From: an uncultured Verrucomicrobiae bacterium
GTDB lineage: Bacteria; Verrucomicrobiota; Verrucomicrobiia; Chthoniobacterales; UBA10450
DNA: 64,000 nt
Direction: 5' to 3'
Assembly (NCBI GenBank): GCA_963772365.1
Contig: CAVYXA010000001.1
Coordinates: 192,001-256,000, forward strand
The notes beneath the pieces were generated by a model, which saw only the letters and a list, made by a program, of their open reading frames with translations, searched no databases and was not told where the DNA came from. This document shows positions 28,697-38,308 of the stretch, one piece after another. Position 1 is the first letter of the stretch. Each line of letters opens with the position of its first letter. The position numbers and the translations under genes are program-made.

Positions 28697-30944
28697 ATGA
28701 AACGAACGCTGGTTTCATTGTCGATCTTCCCGATGTTTCTTGCAGGCAGCTTTGCCGGCCAGATATTTTCGGATCGCGCCGGCGTATCGCCGGGGGATCA
28801 GCGCGCTGCACCGGGATTGATCACAACGGCAGCGGTCAGACCGGATCACATTGTCATCGTGATCATGGAAAATCATTCGTTTGGGCAGATCATTGGTTCA
28901 CCACAGGCTCCGCATATCAATGCCCTGGCCGCGGAAGGGGCCAATATCATCAACGCGCCGTCGGATCCGAATGGAACGCACACTGGTTCGCATGCGGTGC
29001 GTCATCCGAGCCAGCCCAATTACCTGGAGCTATTTTCGGGTAACAATCAGGGGACAATTGGCGATGGACATCCCGGCACACCGTCTGAACCATACACATT
29101 GCCGCCGCCATTCGGACCGGCGAATCTCGGAGCGGCATTGCGACACGCCGGATTCAGTTTCACAAGTTACTGCGAAACTTTGCCTTCGGTTGGCTACGAC
29201 GGCGATAGCGCCGGCGGCTCAAACGGTTATCAACGCAAACATAATCCGGCGGTAAATTGGCAGAGCAGCGATGCCGGGCCGGGTAACAATCATCTGCCGC
29301 TCGAATTAAACCAGCCGTTTTACGAGTTGCCCGGACAACAGGGGACGGGATTTCCGAGTGATTTCAATCTGCTCCCCACGATCTGCATCGTTGTGCCGAA
29401 CCAACTGCACGACATGCACAATGGCAGCATCGCACAGGCCGATGGCTGGTTGTATGACAACATGATTCAGACTTATTACCAATGGGCCAAGACGCATAAC
29501 AGCTTACTCGTTGTCACCTGGGACGAAGACGGAAGTAACACACCATCGAACCAAATCCCGACGATTTTCGCCGGGCCGATGATTCAACCGGGCAATTACA
29601 CTGAGACAGATCTCAACATCGACAACCCATATGTCGGTTTTCCGGGCGATCCCGGTACGCAAACCCCAACTGGCACGGCCATGAACCATTGGAATGTGCT
29701 CTCGACACTTCTCGATCTTTATGGCTTGGCGCACATTGACAGATCGATCAATCGTCCGGCGCTCACGGATATTTTCCTGTCGCCGATGATTATCAATCCC
29801 GTAGTCGCTCCTAATGCACTGGCCGGGAGTCAAGGCGATGCAGGTCATCTCTTTCCGCTATTTTCCAATCAGCCGATTCGTTATCAGCAAGTCTATCGGG
29901 CCTCGGAATTTTCGCGATTCGCATCAGGCGGCGAAATGATCAACAGCATCGCGTTTCGCGCGCGCCTTCCCGGAGTTCCATTCACAGGCTCAATCCCGCA
30001 GCTTCAAGTCAATCTCTCGACCACAAGTAGATCGCCTGACGATCTTTCCAATGTCTTCGCGGAGAACATCGGCGCCGATGATACGCAGGTCTTTTCCGGG
30101 CCGGTTAATGTCGTCGTTACCGACAGCGGTCCACCAAATGGCCCAACGAATTTCGATGTCGTAATTCGCTTTACCACTCCATTCCACTACGATCCGAGTC
30201 AGGGAAACCTGCTCGTTGATATCCGGAGTTTCGAAGGTGGAACGCAGATGCCTCCGATGGATCAGCCGCTCGATGCGACCGATGCAAATGGCGACGCTGT
30301 CTCTCGCGCATTCAATTACGGCGATGCAAATGCCACGACGGCCGGACCTGGCGAGGTTGATACGATTGGCTTGATTACACAATTTGGGACCGATTCCAGC
30401 CCGGCAATCACGCCAGTTCATCTGCTCAACGTTGTGTCGACGAAAACGCACGGAGCCGGCGGCACGTTCGATGTCGATCTTCCGATTTCGGAGACCCCGG
30501 GAATCGAATGCCGATCCGGGGGAGCGAATGGAAATCACGTGATGGTTTTTACTTTCGCCGATACGCTCATGCAGGTCGGTGCGGCTGGCGATCACGAGTG
30601 GAACCGGCAGCGTAATGAGCAGCGAAATCGATAGCGCCGATCCGCACCGGTACATTGTCAATCTCACCGGAGTCGCCAACGCTCAGATAATCACGGTCGC
30701 ACTGATTAATGTGAGCGATTTAGCCGGCAACAGCAGCAGCGTCGTTCCTGTTTCCATGGGCGTGCTTTTGGGTGACACAAACGGGAATGGCAGCGTCAAT
30801 TCCACTGACATCTCGCAGGTGAAATCGCAATCAGGTCAGGCGGTTAACGAAACCAATTTCCGTGACGACTTGAATGTCGAAGGGAGCATCAACAGCAGTG
30901 ACGTCGCGATTGTGAAGTCGAAAGCAGGCACGGGATTGCCTTGA
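28697..30944 (+). CDS. Secreted acid phosphatase/phosphoesterase with extra beta domain and C-terminal dockerin-like domain, frameshift near 30585
   Basis: [34 protein letters not shown]-terminal [28 protein letters not shown] in ORF 30579..30944. Confidence 0.85.
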
Positions 30945-31029
30945 GCGCCAAGGGCTGCTGTCTTCCTGCCAGGTAAAAATATTTTTGTTTGAACACGAGC
31001 CCGAGCATGAGCACGGTCACGAAATAATT

Positions 31030-32196
31030 ATGAGCGCGATACGAGTCTTAGTCGGCACCCGCAAAGGAGCTTTCGTCCTTACTTCGGATGCGAAACGCAA
31101 GAAGTGGAAAGTCGAGGGACCGCACTTTGCGGGCTGGGAGATTTATCACATGAAAGGTTCGCCCGTTGATCCGGATCGGATCTACGCATCGCAATCGAGC
31201 GGCTGGTTCGGGCAAATCATTCAACGCTCCGATGACGGTGGCAAGACCTGGCAGACTCCGGGCAGCAGTCCGGAAGAATTGCAGGGTGAGGGTGGAATGG
31301 CCAAAGGCGAGAGCAACAAATTCGTTTACGATGGTATCCCGGGAACGCATCAATGGTACGACGGCACCCAACATCCATGGGAATTCAAGCGCGTCTGGCA
31401 TCTCGAGCCGGGTCTCGACAATCCCGATCACGTTTATGCAGGCGTGGAAGATGCCGCGCTGTTCGAATCGAAAGATGGCGGCACAACATGGAATGAACTT
31501 TCCGGACTTCGCCAACACGATACTGGCCCGCGCTGGCAACCGGGAGCGGGCGGAATGTGTCTTCACACGATTCTGATCGATCCGAAAAATCAAAAGCGAA
31601 TGTTTATCGCGATTTCAGCCGCGGGCGCGTTTCGAACCGACGACGGCGGTAAGAGGTGGAAACCGATCAACAAAGGACTGGTTTCCAATTTCATGCCGAA
31701 CCCGACGGCAGAAGTTGGGCACTGCGTTCACCGCATCGCCTTGCATCCATCGCGGCCCGACACGTTGTTCATGCAAAAACATTGGGATGTGATGCGCAGC
31801 GACGATGCCGGCGATTCGTGGCGCGAAGTCAGCGGAAATTTACCCACCGATTTCGGTTTTCCGATCGACGTGCACGCGCACGAGCCGGAAACGATTTACG
31901 TGGTGCCGATCAAGAGCGACTCCGAGCATTTCCCGCTCGACGGGAAACTGCAGGTTTGGAGAAGCCGAAGCGGCGGAAACAAATGGGACGTGCTTACCAA
32001 TGGCCTGCCCCAGAAAGATTGTTACGTCAATGTGCTGCGGGACGCAATGAGTGTCGATTCGCTCGATTCGTGCGGAATTTATTTTGGTACAACTGGTGGA
32101 CAAGTGTATGCGTCGGCTGATTCAGGCGATTCGTGGGTTCCGATTGTACGTGATCTGCCGGCGGTGCTTTCTGTGGAAGTGCAAACACTGAAATGA
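31030..32196 (+). CDS. BNR/Asp-box beta-propeller protein
   Basis: Repeated SxDGGxTW motifs; [10 protein letters not shown]. Confidence 0.9.
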   Translation: MSAIRVLVGTRKGAFVLTSDAKRKKWKVEGPHFAGWEIYHMKGSPVDPDRIYASQSSGWFGQIIQRSDDGGKTWQTPGSSPEELQGEGGMAKGESNKFVYDGIPGTHQWYDGTQHPWEFKRVWHLEPGLDNPDHVYAGVEDAALFESKDGGTTWNELSGLRQHDTGPRWQPGAGGMCLHTILIDPKNQKRMFIAISAAGAFRTDDGGKRWKPINKGLVSNFMPNPTAEVGHCVHRIALHPSRPDTLFMQKHWDVMRSDDAGDSWREVSGNLPTDFGFPIDVHAHEPETIYVVPIKSDSEHFPLDGKLQVWRSRSGGNKWDVLTNGLPQKDCYVNVLRDAMSVDSLDSCGIYFGTTGGQVYASADSGDSWVPIVRDLPAVLSVEVQTLK

Positions 32197-32489
32197 TTCG
32201 CGTCATTCTGCCGCATCACTTGCGAACGCTGGCGAAAGTGGGCGACGAAGTCGTTGTCGATCTTAACGGCTCAGCCACCGTGACGTCGGTGCTCGATGCG
32301 CTCGAGGCAAAATATCCCATGCTGCGCGGGACGATGCGCGAGCATGGAACACTCAAGCGCCGGTCGCTCGTCCGATTCTTCGCCTGCGGCGAAGATATTT
32401 CCCATCAGAGGCCGGACGCTGCTCTGCCCGACGCAATTGCGAACGGCAGCGAGCCTTTCATCGTGATCGGCGCAATCGCGGGGGGTTAG
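32193..32489 (+). CDS. MoaD/ThiS ubiquitin-like protein
   Basis: C-terminal AIAGG; ATGA overlap with the upstream gene. Confidence 0.9.
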   Translation: MIRVILPHHLRTLAKVGDEVVVDLNGSATVTSVLDALEAKYPMLRGTMREHGTLKRRSLVRFFACGEDISHQRPDAALPDAIANGSEPFIVIGAIAGG

Positions 32490-33076
32490 CTGACTTTTCC
32501 GGCTAGCCCGAGTCGGTCGGCATCAGATTGGAGCGCTTTGATTATTTCCGCGATTACGTCATCGAGTGGAAGGCCCAGTTGTTCCGCACCGCGTCTGATG
32601 TCGTCCCGATTCACCGCCCGGGCAAAAGCCTTGTCCTTCATCTTCTTTTTCACCGCAGCAACATCGACATCGGCGATGTTCTTGGTCGGCCGAACCAGGG
32701 CAACGGCAATAACGAAGCTGCTCAGTTCATCGACTGCATAGAGTGTTTTCTCCAGCGGGGTTTCGCGAGAAACACCTGCGTAATTCGCGTGAGATAGGAT
32801 CGCGCGACAAATCTCGTCGCTCCAACCATTCTCCCGGAGCCAGGCCACCCCGACGAATGGATGACCCTCCGTTGGATTCTGTTCCATGTTGGGATGGCGT
32901 TCGTAGTCCATATCGTGAAGAAGGCCGACCGCTTCCCACAGGTCGACATTTTCACCGCGCGATTGTGCGAGCTGTTTCATCGAATCAGCCACCGCGTAGC
33001 AATGTTTGCGCAGGCTTTCTGATTTCACCCATTCGTGCAGGATTTCCAAAGCGCGTGGAGCAACTGGTTCATTCAT
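32486..33076 (-). CDS. HD-domain phosphohydrolase
   Basis: LRKHCYAV, LLHDMDYE, AILSH, AVDEL. Confidence 0.9.
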   Translation of the reverse strand: MNEPVAPRALEILHEWVKSESLRKHCYAVADSMKQLAQSRGENVDLWEAVGLLHDMDYERHPNMEQNPTEGHPFVGVAWLRENGWSDEICRAILSHANYAGVSRETPLEKTLYAVDELSSFVIAVALVRPTKNIADVDVAAVKKKMKDKAFARAVNRDDIRRGAEQLGLPLDDVIAEIIKALQSDADRLGLAGKVS

Positions 33077-33080
33077 CGGA

Positions 33081-33545
33081 TCAAACATCCCGTCGCATGA
33101 TGATTGAATCCGGCCTTGCTTCGGCAACTTTAAATCCGAAGCGCTCGTAAAGCCTTAGCACAGGCTTCCCCGCAACGAAACTGACCGAAATCGTTGATTG
33201 CTCCGGATGCTTGCGGACCAAGTGAGTGAGCAGCGCACTCCCGATTCCGCGGCCGCGATAACCGGGTTTTACAGCAAAAGCGAGCTCGGGCGGCGGGTTG
33301 GTGTCAGTCGTACCGGCCGGTTTCCGGAGCCAGACGGCGCCCAAAAATGACGCATACTTTTTGTCCTCCGCCACAAAACCGGTGTCCCCGGCCCGACCCC
33401 ATCCCTGGACATATCGAGAAAACTCCGGACGCCGGATAATGTCTCGTGGGGGATCGCTTTGACCAATGCGAGAGAGCCCTTGATACAAAATTTCCCACAG
33501 AATCGGTTCATCCTCAGCTCCAAGTGGGCGAATTACATAATCCAT
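33081..33545 (-). CDS. GNAT acetyltransferase
   Basis: VKPGYRGRGIGSALL, LYERFGF. Confidence 0.9.
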   Translation of the reverse strand: MDYVIRPLGAEDEPILWEILYQGLSRIGQSDPPRDIIRRPEFSRYVQGWGRAGDTGFVAEDKKYASFLGAVWLRKPAGTTDTNPPPELAFAVKPGYRGRGIGSALLTHLVRKHPEQSTISVSFVAGKPVLRLYERFGFKVAEARPDSIIMRRDV

Positions 33546-33695
33546 TTCTCAACATCTCCGAATCCTTGAAGTTCGCTGAAGCGACGTGAAATAGCAAAAG
33601 CGATGGCAGTGGCGAAGAGCGAATCTGTTTCACAGTTTTCGTAAATCGAATGGGAACAATGCGCTAGTCCGCAAGAGCTGCTATCGTCGAGCTCG

Positions 33696-34516
33696 ATGCA
33701 AACCGAACGCGATTATGTTTTGGGAACGCACGAGCAGGAACTCGTGCGACTTGGGCTGCAGCATCGCATTTGGCGGTCGGTAGTGTTGGATTGCTGGCGG
33801 CGCGCCGGCATCACCGTAGGTAAACACGTATCGATGTCGGTGCCGGTCCCGGCTATGCCGCTGTCGATCTTGCCGAGACTGTGGGCCCGACTGGTGAAGT
33901 CGTGGCGCTGGAAAGATCGCAGAATTTTGTAAAGACGATGCGGGAAACGTGCCGCGATCGCGGCTTGACCAATCTCAAAATCCACGAAGTCGATCTGATG
34001 ATCGACGAGATCCCGAGAGTTGATTATGACTTTTCCTGGTGCCGCTGGGTCATGTCCTTCGTTTCCGACCCGGCGCTGCTGATCAAGAAACTCGGTAAGG
34101 CGATGCCTCGTGGCGGCATCTTGATCTTTCACGAGTACGGACATTATGAAACGTGGCGTTATCTACCCCGGTTGCCGAGCCAGGAAGAATTCCGTGGACA
34201 TGTGATTGATACCTGGCGCGCATCGGGTGGCGAACCGGATGCGGGCGCGACTCTGCCCGCGTTACTCTTCGAAAACGATTTCCGCATTCGATCGATGCGC
34301 CCGCACGTTTTCTGCGTTCGTCCGACTGATTACATGTGGCAATGGCCGGCCACGTTTATCGACGTATATCTGCCCCGTTTGCAGGAGATGGGGAGAATCG
34401 ATCAAACGTTTGTCGAGAGGATGCGGAGGGAGCTTTCCGAAGCGACGGCGAATCCAGACTCGTTCATGATCACGCCGCTCGTCTTGGAAATTATTGCGGA
34501 GAAACCGTCGGCCTGA
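33696..34516 (+). CDS. Class I SAM-dependent methyltransferase, frameshift near 33830
   Basis: YVLGTHEQELVRL, then DVGAGPGY in the next frame continuing into ORF 33881..34516. Confidence 0.85.
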
Positions 34517-34565
34517 AGTTTTTACTCGATTTTTCCAGCGGACTTGTTCTAAGCTCGACAGTGCT

Positions 34566-35264
34566 ATGGATTTGAGGGGAATCAGTATCGCTTTCCTCGG
34601 TTTGATCGCCCTGGTTTTCTGCGGCCCGGCTCAGGCGATCAGTCCTGGCCAGCTGGACGATTTTCAGGATGGAACGACGCAAAATTGGACCAATGGCGGA
34701 GCTCCAGGCGCGCCGCCGGTGGTGAACGTCGATGGTGGCCCGGGCGGACCCGGCGATCGCTACATCCAAGTTACATCAGTCGAGGAGCCCCCCGGCGATC
34801 GGCTGACCACATTCAATCGCGATCAGTGGCTGGGCGATTATATCGCCACGGGCGTGACTGCGATTGAAATGGACCTTTTGAACATGAGTGATGTGACGCT
34901 CTCGATCCGGATCGCATTCAAAGCCGAGCTCTCTCCCTCTTCGCCCGGTTACCTTTCGCAAGCAATCGTCCTCGCGCCGGGAAGCGGCTGGCAACACATG
35001 GTCTTCTCGCTCGCCGAAGCGGACCTGATACCCATAGGCGCTCCGCCCGATTATAATAGCTTCTTTTCATCGGGAATTGTCGAAACGCGCATCATTAATG
35101 AAATGGGCGACACGAATCTGAACGGTGACATCGTCATTGGGCAGCTTGGGATCGACAATATTCATGCGGTACCGGAGCCGAGTTCATTTGCTCTTGGCGT
35201 TCTCGGTCTCATGGCAACAGCGATTGTGTCGCTTTGGCTGAAATCGCGACGGCGCCGTTTCTAG
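34566..35264 (+). CDS. PEP-CTERM surface protein, paralog of 22130..22822
   Basis: Signal peptide; VPEP, TM segment, RRRRF; shares DDFQDGTT, FNRDQWLGDY and GQLGIDNI with the paralog. Confidence 0.9.
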   Translation: MDLRGISIAFLGLIALVFCGPAQAISPGQLDDFQDGTTQNWTNGGAPGAPPVVNVDGGPGGPGDRYIQVTSVEEPPGDRLTTFNRDQWLGDYIATGVTAIEMDLLNMSDVTLSIRIAFKAELSPSSPGYLSQAIVLAPGSGWQHMVFSLAEADLIPIGAPPDYNSFFSSGIVETRIINEMGDTNLNGDIVIGQLGIDNIHAVPEPSSFALGVLGLMATAIVSLWLKSRRRRF

Positions 35265-35400
35265 ATTCGAATTCAAACTCGACCGGCCACAAGCGCAAAG
35301 CTCAGCAGCCCCTGGTCAGATCTTCGGATCGCCCCGCCAGTATCCGCTGATTGAACATTCTCTCTTCAACGTTAAACGTTGAGGATTCTCCTAATTCCCA

Positions 35401-36099
35401 ATGAACATTTGGATCGGCACATCTGGCTTTCAGTACACCGAATGGAAAGGCAATTTTTACCCGGAAGATCTGCCAACGGCCAAGATGCTGCCGTTTTATG
35501 CCGAGCGACTGAACACGACCGAGATCAACTACACATTTCATCGAATTCCATCGATCAAGACCATCGACAACTGGAACAAACTCACACCGGCGAAATTTCG
35601 GTTCGCCCTCAAAGCGCCGCAGAAAGTGACACATTGGGCCAAGTTAAAAAATTGCGCCGATACCATGCGCTTCTTTTGCGATACGATTTCGAATCTCGGC
35701 GAGAAACTCGGGCCGGTGCTGTTTCAGCTCCCGCCAAATTTCAAAAAGGACACATTTGTCCTTGCCGATTTCGTGAATTGCTTCCCCGACGAGCTTTTGG
35801 CCGCCTTTGAGTTTCGGCACGAATCGTGGTTCGCCGATGATGTCTGGGAGATACTCAAATCGCGCAGCGTCGCGTTCTGTTTGAATGAAACTGCTGACTT
35901 TGCCGCGCCCAAAGTTTCCACTGCCGATTACGGCTACCTGCGTCTTCGCCGGGAAGACTACGAAAAGGTCGACATCGAACGCTGGTCCGATTTCGTGAAA
36001 GAGCAGAAAACAAAGTGGAAAGACGTGTTCATCTACTTCAAACATGAAGACGCAGGCATCGGGCCAAAGCTTGCTGGGCAAATGCAGGAGATGCTGTGA
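35401..36099 (+). CDS. DUF72-family protein
   Basis: IGTSGFQY..W..FYP, TEINYTF, LGPVLFQLPP, FEFRH. Confidence 0.92.
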   Translation: MNIWIGTSGFQYTEWKGNFYPEDLPTAKMLPFYAERLNTTEINYTFHRIPSIKTIDNWNKLTPAKFRFALKAPQKVTHWAKLKNCADTMRFFCDTISNLGEKLGPVLFQLPPNFKKDTFVLADFVNCFPDELLAAFEFRHESWFADDVWEILKSRSVAFCLNETADFAAPKVSTADYGYLRLRREDYEKVDIERWSDFVKEQKTKWKDVFIYFKHEDAGIGPKLAGQMQEML

Positions 36100-36126
36100 A
36101 ATTGTCGATCTAGAAGAGCAGGGACG

Positions 36127-36804
36127 CTAACTCACCTTGACTCCGTTTGCATCGATTGGGAGCTGTGACAGGTCCCAGTTACCGCGCGCAATCTCTGCTT
36201 TGAAGCATTTGGTGCGATAAACCGTCCCATGCAGAATCGGGTTGGCATGATTGGCCAGCCAGTTTTGTCGGACGTCGACGTATTGCTCGATCCATTTCCG
36301 CTCCCGGCCACCTTCGACTGGTGGCGCTTCGGGGAAGCGTCGCCGTAAGAAAGAGAGGATACCGCCGCTATGCACGAAGGAATCATAGATGACAAGCCCC
36401 GAGAGCGCTTCGACGAACCCATAATCGGTCGCCCATTTTATTGCCGGATCGAAGTAGGCCTTATCGAAGAATGCATCCTGAACGCTCCGCATAACCGCAT
36501 CTTTGGCGGCTTTTTTCAGTAGCCCCTTGAAATCACTATCGTCCACCAATGCCTCGTGTCCGATTTTGCTCACATACGGTTTTAGATCCTTACTGAACTG
36601 ACCATCTGCTGCGACATACATCGCTACGAGCTCACCGAGATGGCCGTATTCCGTAGTCTGCGAGCGGCCATAGGTGACCTGCCGGATATGAGCGGGACCA
36701 TCTTTGTAGATCGAGATGTTACTGTAATCGCCATCCGCCGTGCCGGTCTCGAAGGCGTTCACCACGTGCTCAATAATGCGCTTCTGCTGCGGGGTTAGAA
36801 TCAT
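36127..36804 (-). CDS. GH46 chitosanase-like (lysozyme-fold) glycoside hydrolase
   Basis: NAFETG..YSNI..DG..TYGRSQTT, QDAFFDKAYFDPA, IYDSFVHSG; no signal peptide. Confidence 0.8.
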   Translation of the reverse strand: MILTPQQKRIIEHVVNAFETGTADGDYSNISIYKDGPAHIRQVTYGRSQTTEYGHLGELVAMYVAADGQFSKDLKPYVSKIGHEALVDDSDFKGLLKKAAKDAVMRSVQDAFFDKAYFDPAIKWATDYGFVEALSGLVIYDSFVHSGGILSFLRRRFPEAPPVEGGRERKWIEQYVDVRQNWLANHANPILHGTVYRTKCFKAEIARGNWDLSQLPIDANGVKVS

Positions 36805-36805
36805 T

Positions 36806-37285
36806 TTATTCCTTTCGCTCAGTTGCTTTGATTTTTGTCTGAAGTCGGTGCTGCAGTGTGGCGATTCGCTTCGCCGTTATTTCATTGAACGCGGCATTGT
36901 ATTCCAAGATGGCTAATGAACAGCTTTTCGATTGTACCTGCTTCTCAGCCCAAGCTGGGCGCTCGTGCAACCATTTTTTTTGCTCGGCCAAAAGCTGACG
37001 CTGCTCTTGCGGTTGAAGTCTGGCAAAGAGCTGCACGTAAACGATGAAAACTTCGGCATCGTAGATATCGGACAAGCGTCCGGAGAGATCATTTAATCGT
37101 TGCTGTCCAGCACGCGACTGTTCATTGGGCTGGAGTTGGTTCTTGTAGTCCGTTTCAACATCACTCAACGATGGGTGCCAGTCGGTGGGAATCATTTTTT
37201 CATTGGCGGCTAAGGCGGTTCCGAGTGCGAGCGTTAAAACAGGGATCAAGATGGCCGCGCTGGAAGTACTTTTCGCGTGCGTCAT
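36806..37285 (-). CDS. Exported LprI/DUF1311 lysozyme-inhibitor-like protein
   Basis: Signal peptide; LLAEQKKWLHER..S..EITAKRIATL helical pattern. Confidence 0.7.
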   Translation of the reverse strand: MTHAKSTSSAAILIPVLTLALGTALAANEKMIPTDWHPSLSDVETDYKNQLQPNEQSRAGQQRLNDLSGRLSDIYDAEVFIVYVQLFARLQPQEQRQLLAEQKKWLHERPAWAEKQVQSKSCSLAILEYNAAFNEITAKRIATLQHRLQTKIKATERKE

Positions 37286-37392
37286 ACGGGCAGATTGCAC
37301 CATTTTGGTCGCAACGGGCAAGTCATTGCTGGGACCTGTGAACGGAGTTTTAGCGTTGGCACGTTATGCACCTGTCCTACAATTGACGGCGG

Positions 37393-38061
37393 ATGAAGAT
37401 TTTCATCACTGGCGGCACGGGATACATCGGCAGCCGGCTGATTCCGGTTTTGGCCGGAAGGCGACATGAAGTGAAAGCTCTTGTTCGATCCGGCTCGGAA
37501 AAGAAGCTGCCGGCGACTGCGGTAGGGGTGATTGGGGACGCTTTGAAGATGGATTCGTACACGGAGCACGTGCGCGGTTCGGAGACATTTGTCCATTTGA
37601 TAGGAACACCACACCCCAGTCCGGCAAAGGCGCAACAATTTCGCGATGTCGATCTTGTTTCGATCCGGGTCGCAATTAAAGCCGCGCGCGACGCGGGCGT
37701 TCGGCATTTCGTTTACCTAAGCGTGGCACATCCGGCCCCAATAATGAAAGTGTTCATCGAAGTTCGCTGTGCGGGTGAAGCGATGATTCGTGAAAGCGGG
37801 ATTCCGGCTACCTTTGTGCGACCGTGGTATGTGCTTGGCCCGGGTCACAGGTGGGCGTATTTAATTCTGCCGATGTATTGGATTTTCCAATGGATTCCGA
37901 AGACTAGAGAATCTGCGCATCGGCTCGGCCTAATCACGATTGATCAGATTCTCAACGCGTTAGTTTGGTCGATCGAAAATCCGCCGAATCAAACGCGGAT
38001 TGTGGATGTTAACCAAATTCGCGAGCTTGATCGGCAACGGATTATTTCCCGATCAAAATAA
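37393..38061 (+). CDS. Atypical SDR / NAD(P)H-binding protein
   Basis: ITGGTGYIG, RHFVYLS, VRPWYVLGPG. Confidence 0.9.
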   Translation: MKIFITGGTGYIGSRLIPVLAGRRHEVKALVRSGSEKKLPATAVGVIGDALKMDSYTEHVRGSETFVHLIGTPHPSPAKAQQFRDVDLVSIRVAIKAARDAGVRHFVYLSVAHPAPIMKVFIEVRCAGEAMIRESGIPATFVRPWYVLGPGHRWAYLILPMYWIFQWIPKTRESAHRLGLITIDQILNALVWSIENPPNQTRIVDVNQIRELDRQRIISRSK

Positions 38062-38194
38062 GAATTCCTGCGGCGATTGCGATCAGGTAGAGCAGAAAAA
38101 TCAACGGCCCAACATTTAGACCAAAGCCAAGAAGGCCGTCGAAAATGAGGTAAATCGCAAGCAGAAGCATGCCTATACTTTTGGTGGTTTTCAT
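38042..38194 (-). CDS. Small two-TM membrane protein
   Basis: 50 aa: IGMLLLAIYLI..IAAGILILIGK. Confidence 0.65.
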   Translation of the reverse strand: MKTTKSIGMLLLAIYLIFDGLLGFGLNVGPLIFLLYLIAIAAGILILIGK

Positions 38195-38308
38195 GCCGCA
38201 AATTATCTGGCTCCGGGGCGCCATCGACAATTCGAAAACGTCACCGAGGTACACCCGACCGGTCGGTGGCTGATTCGGAGAAGGGCGATCCTGCTCTTCC
38301 TCGGAAAG

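Noticed and set aside
22130..35264. Invertible segment bounded by the inverted PEP-CTERM paralogs
   Set aside because: The paralogs are visibly diverged with no long identical stretch, and no recombinase is nearby.
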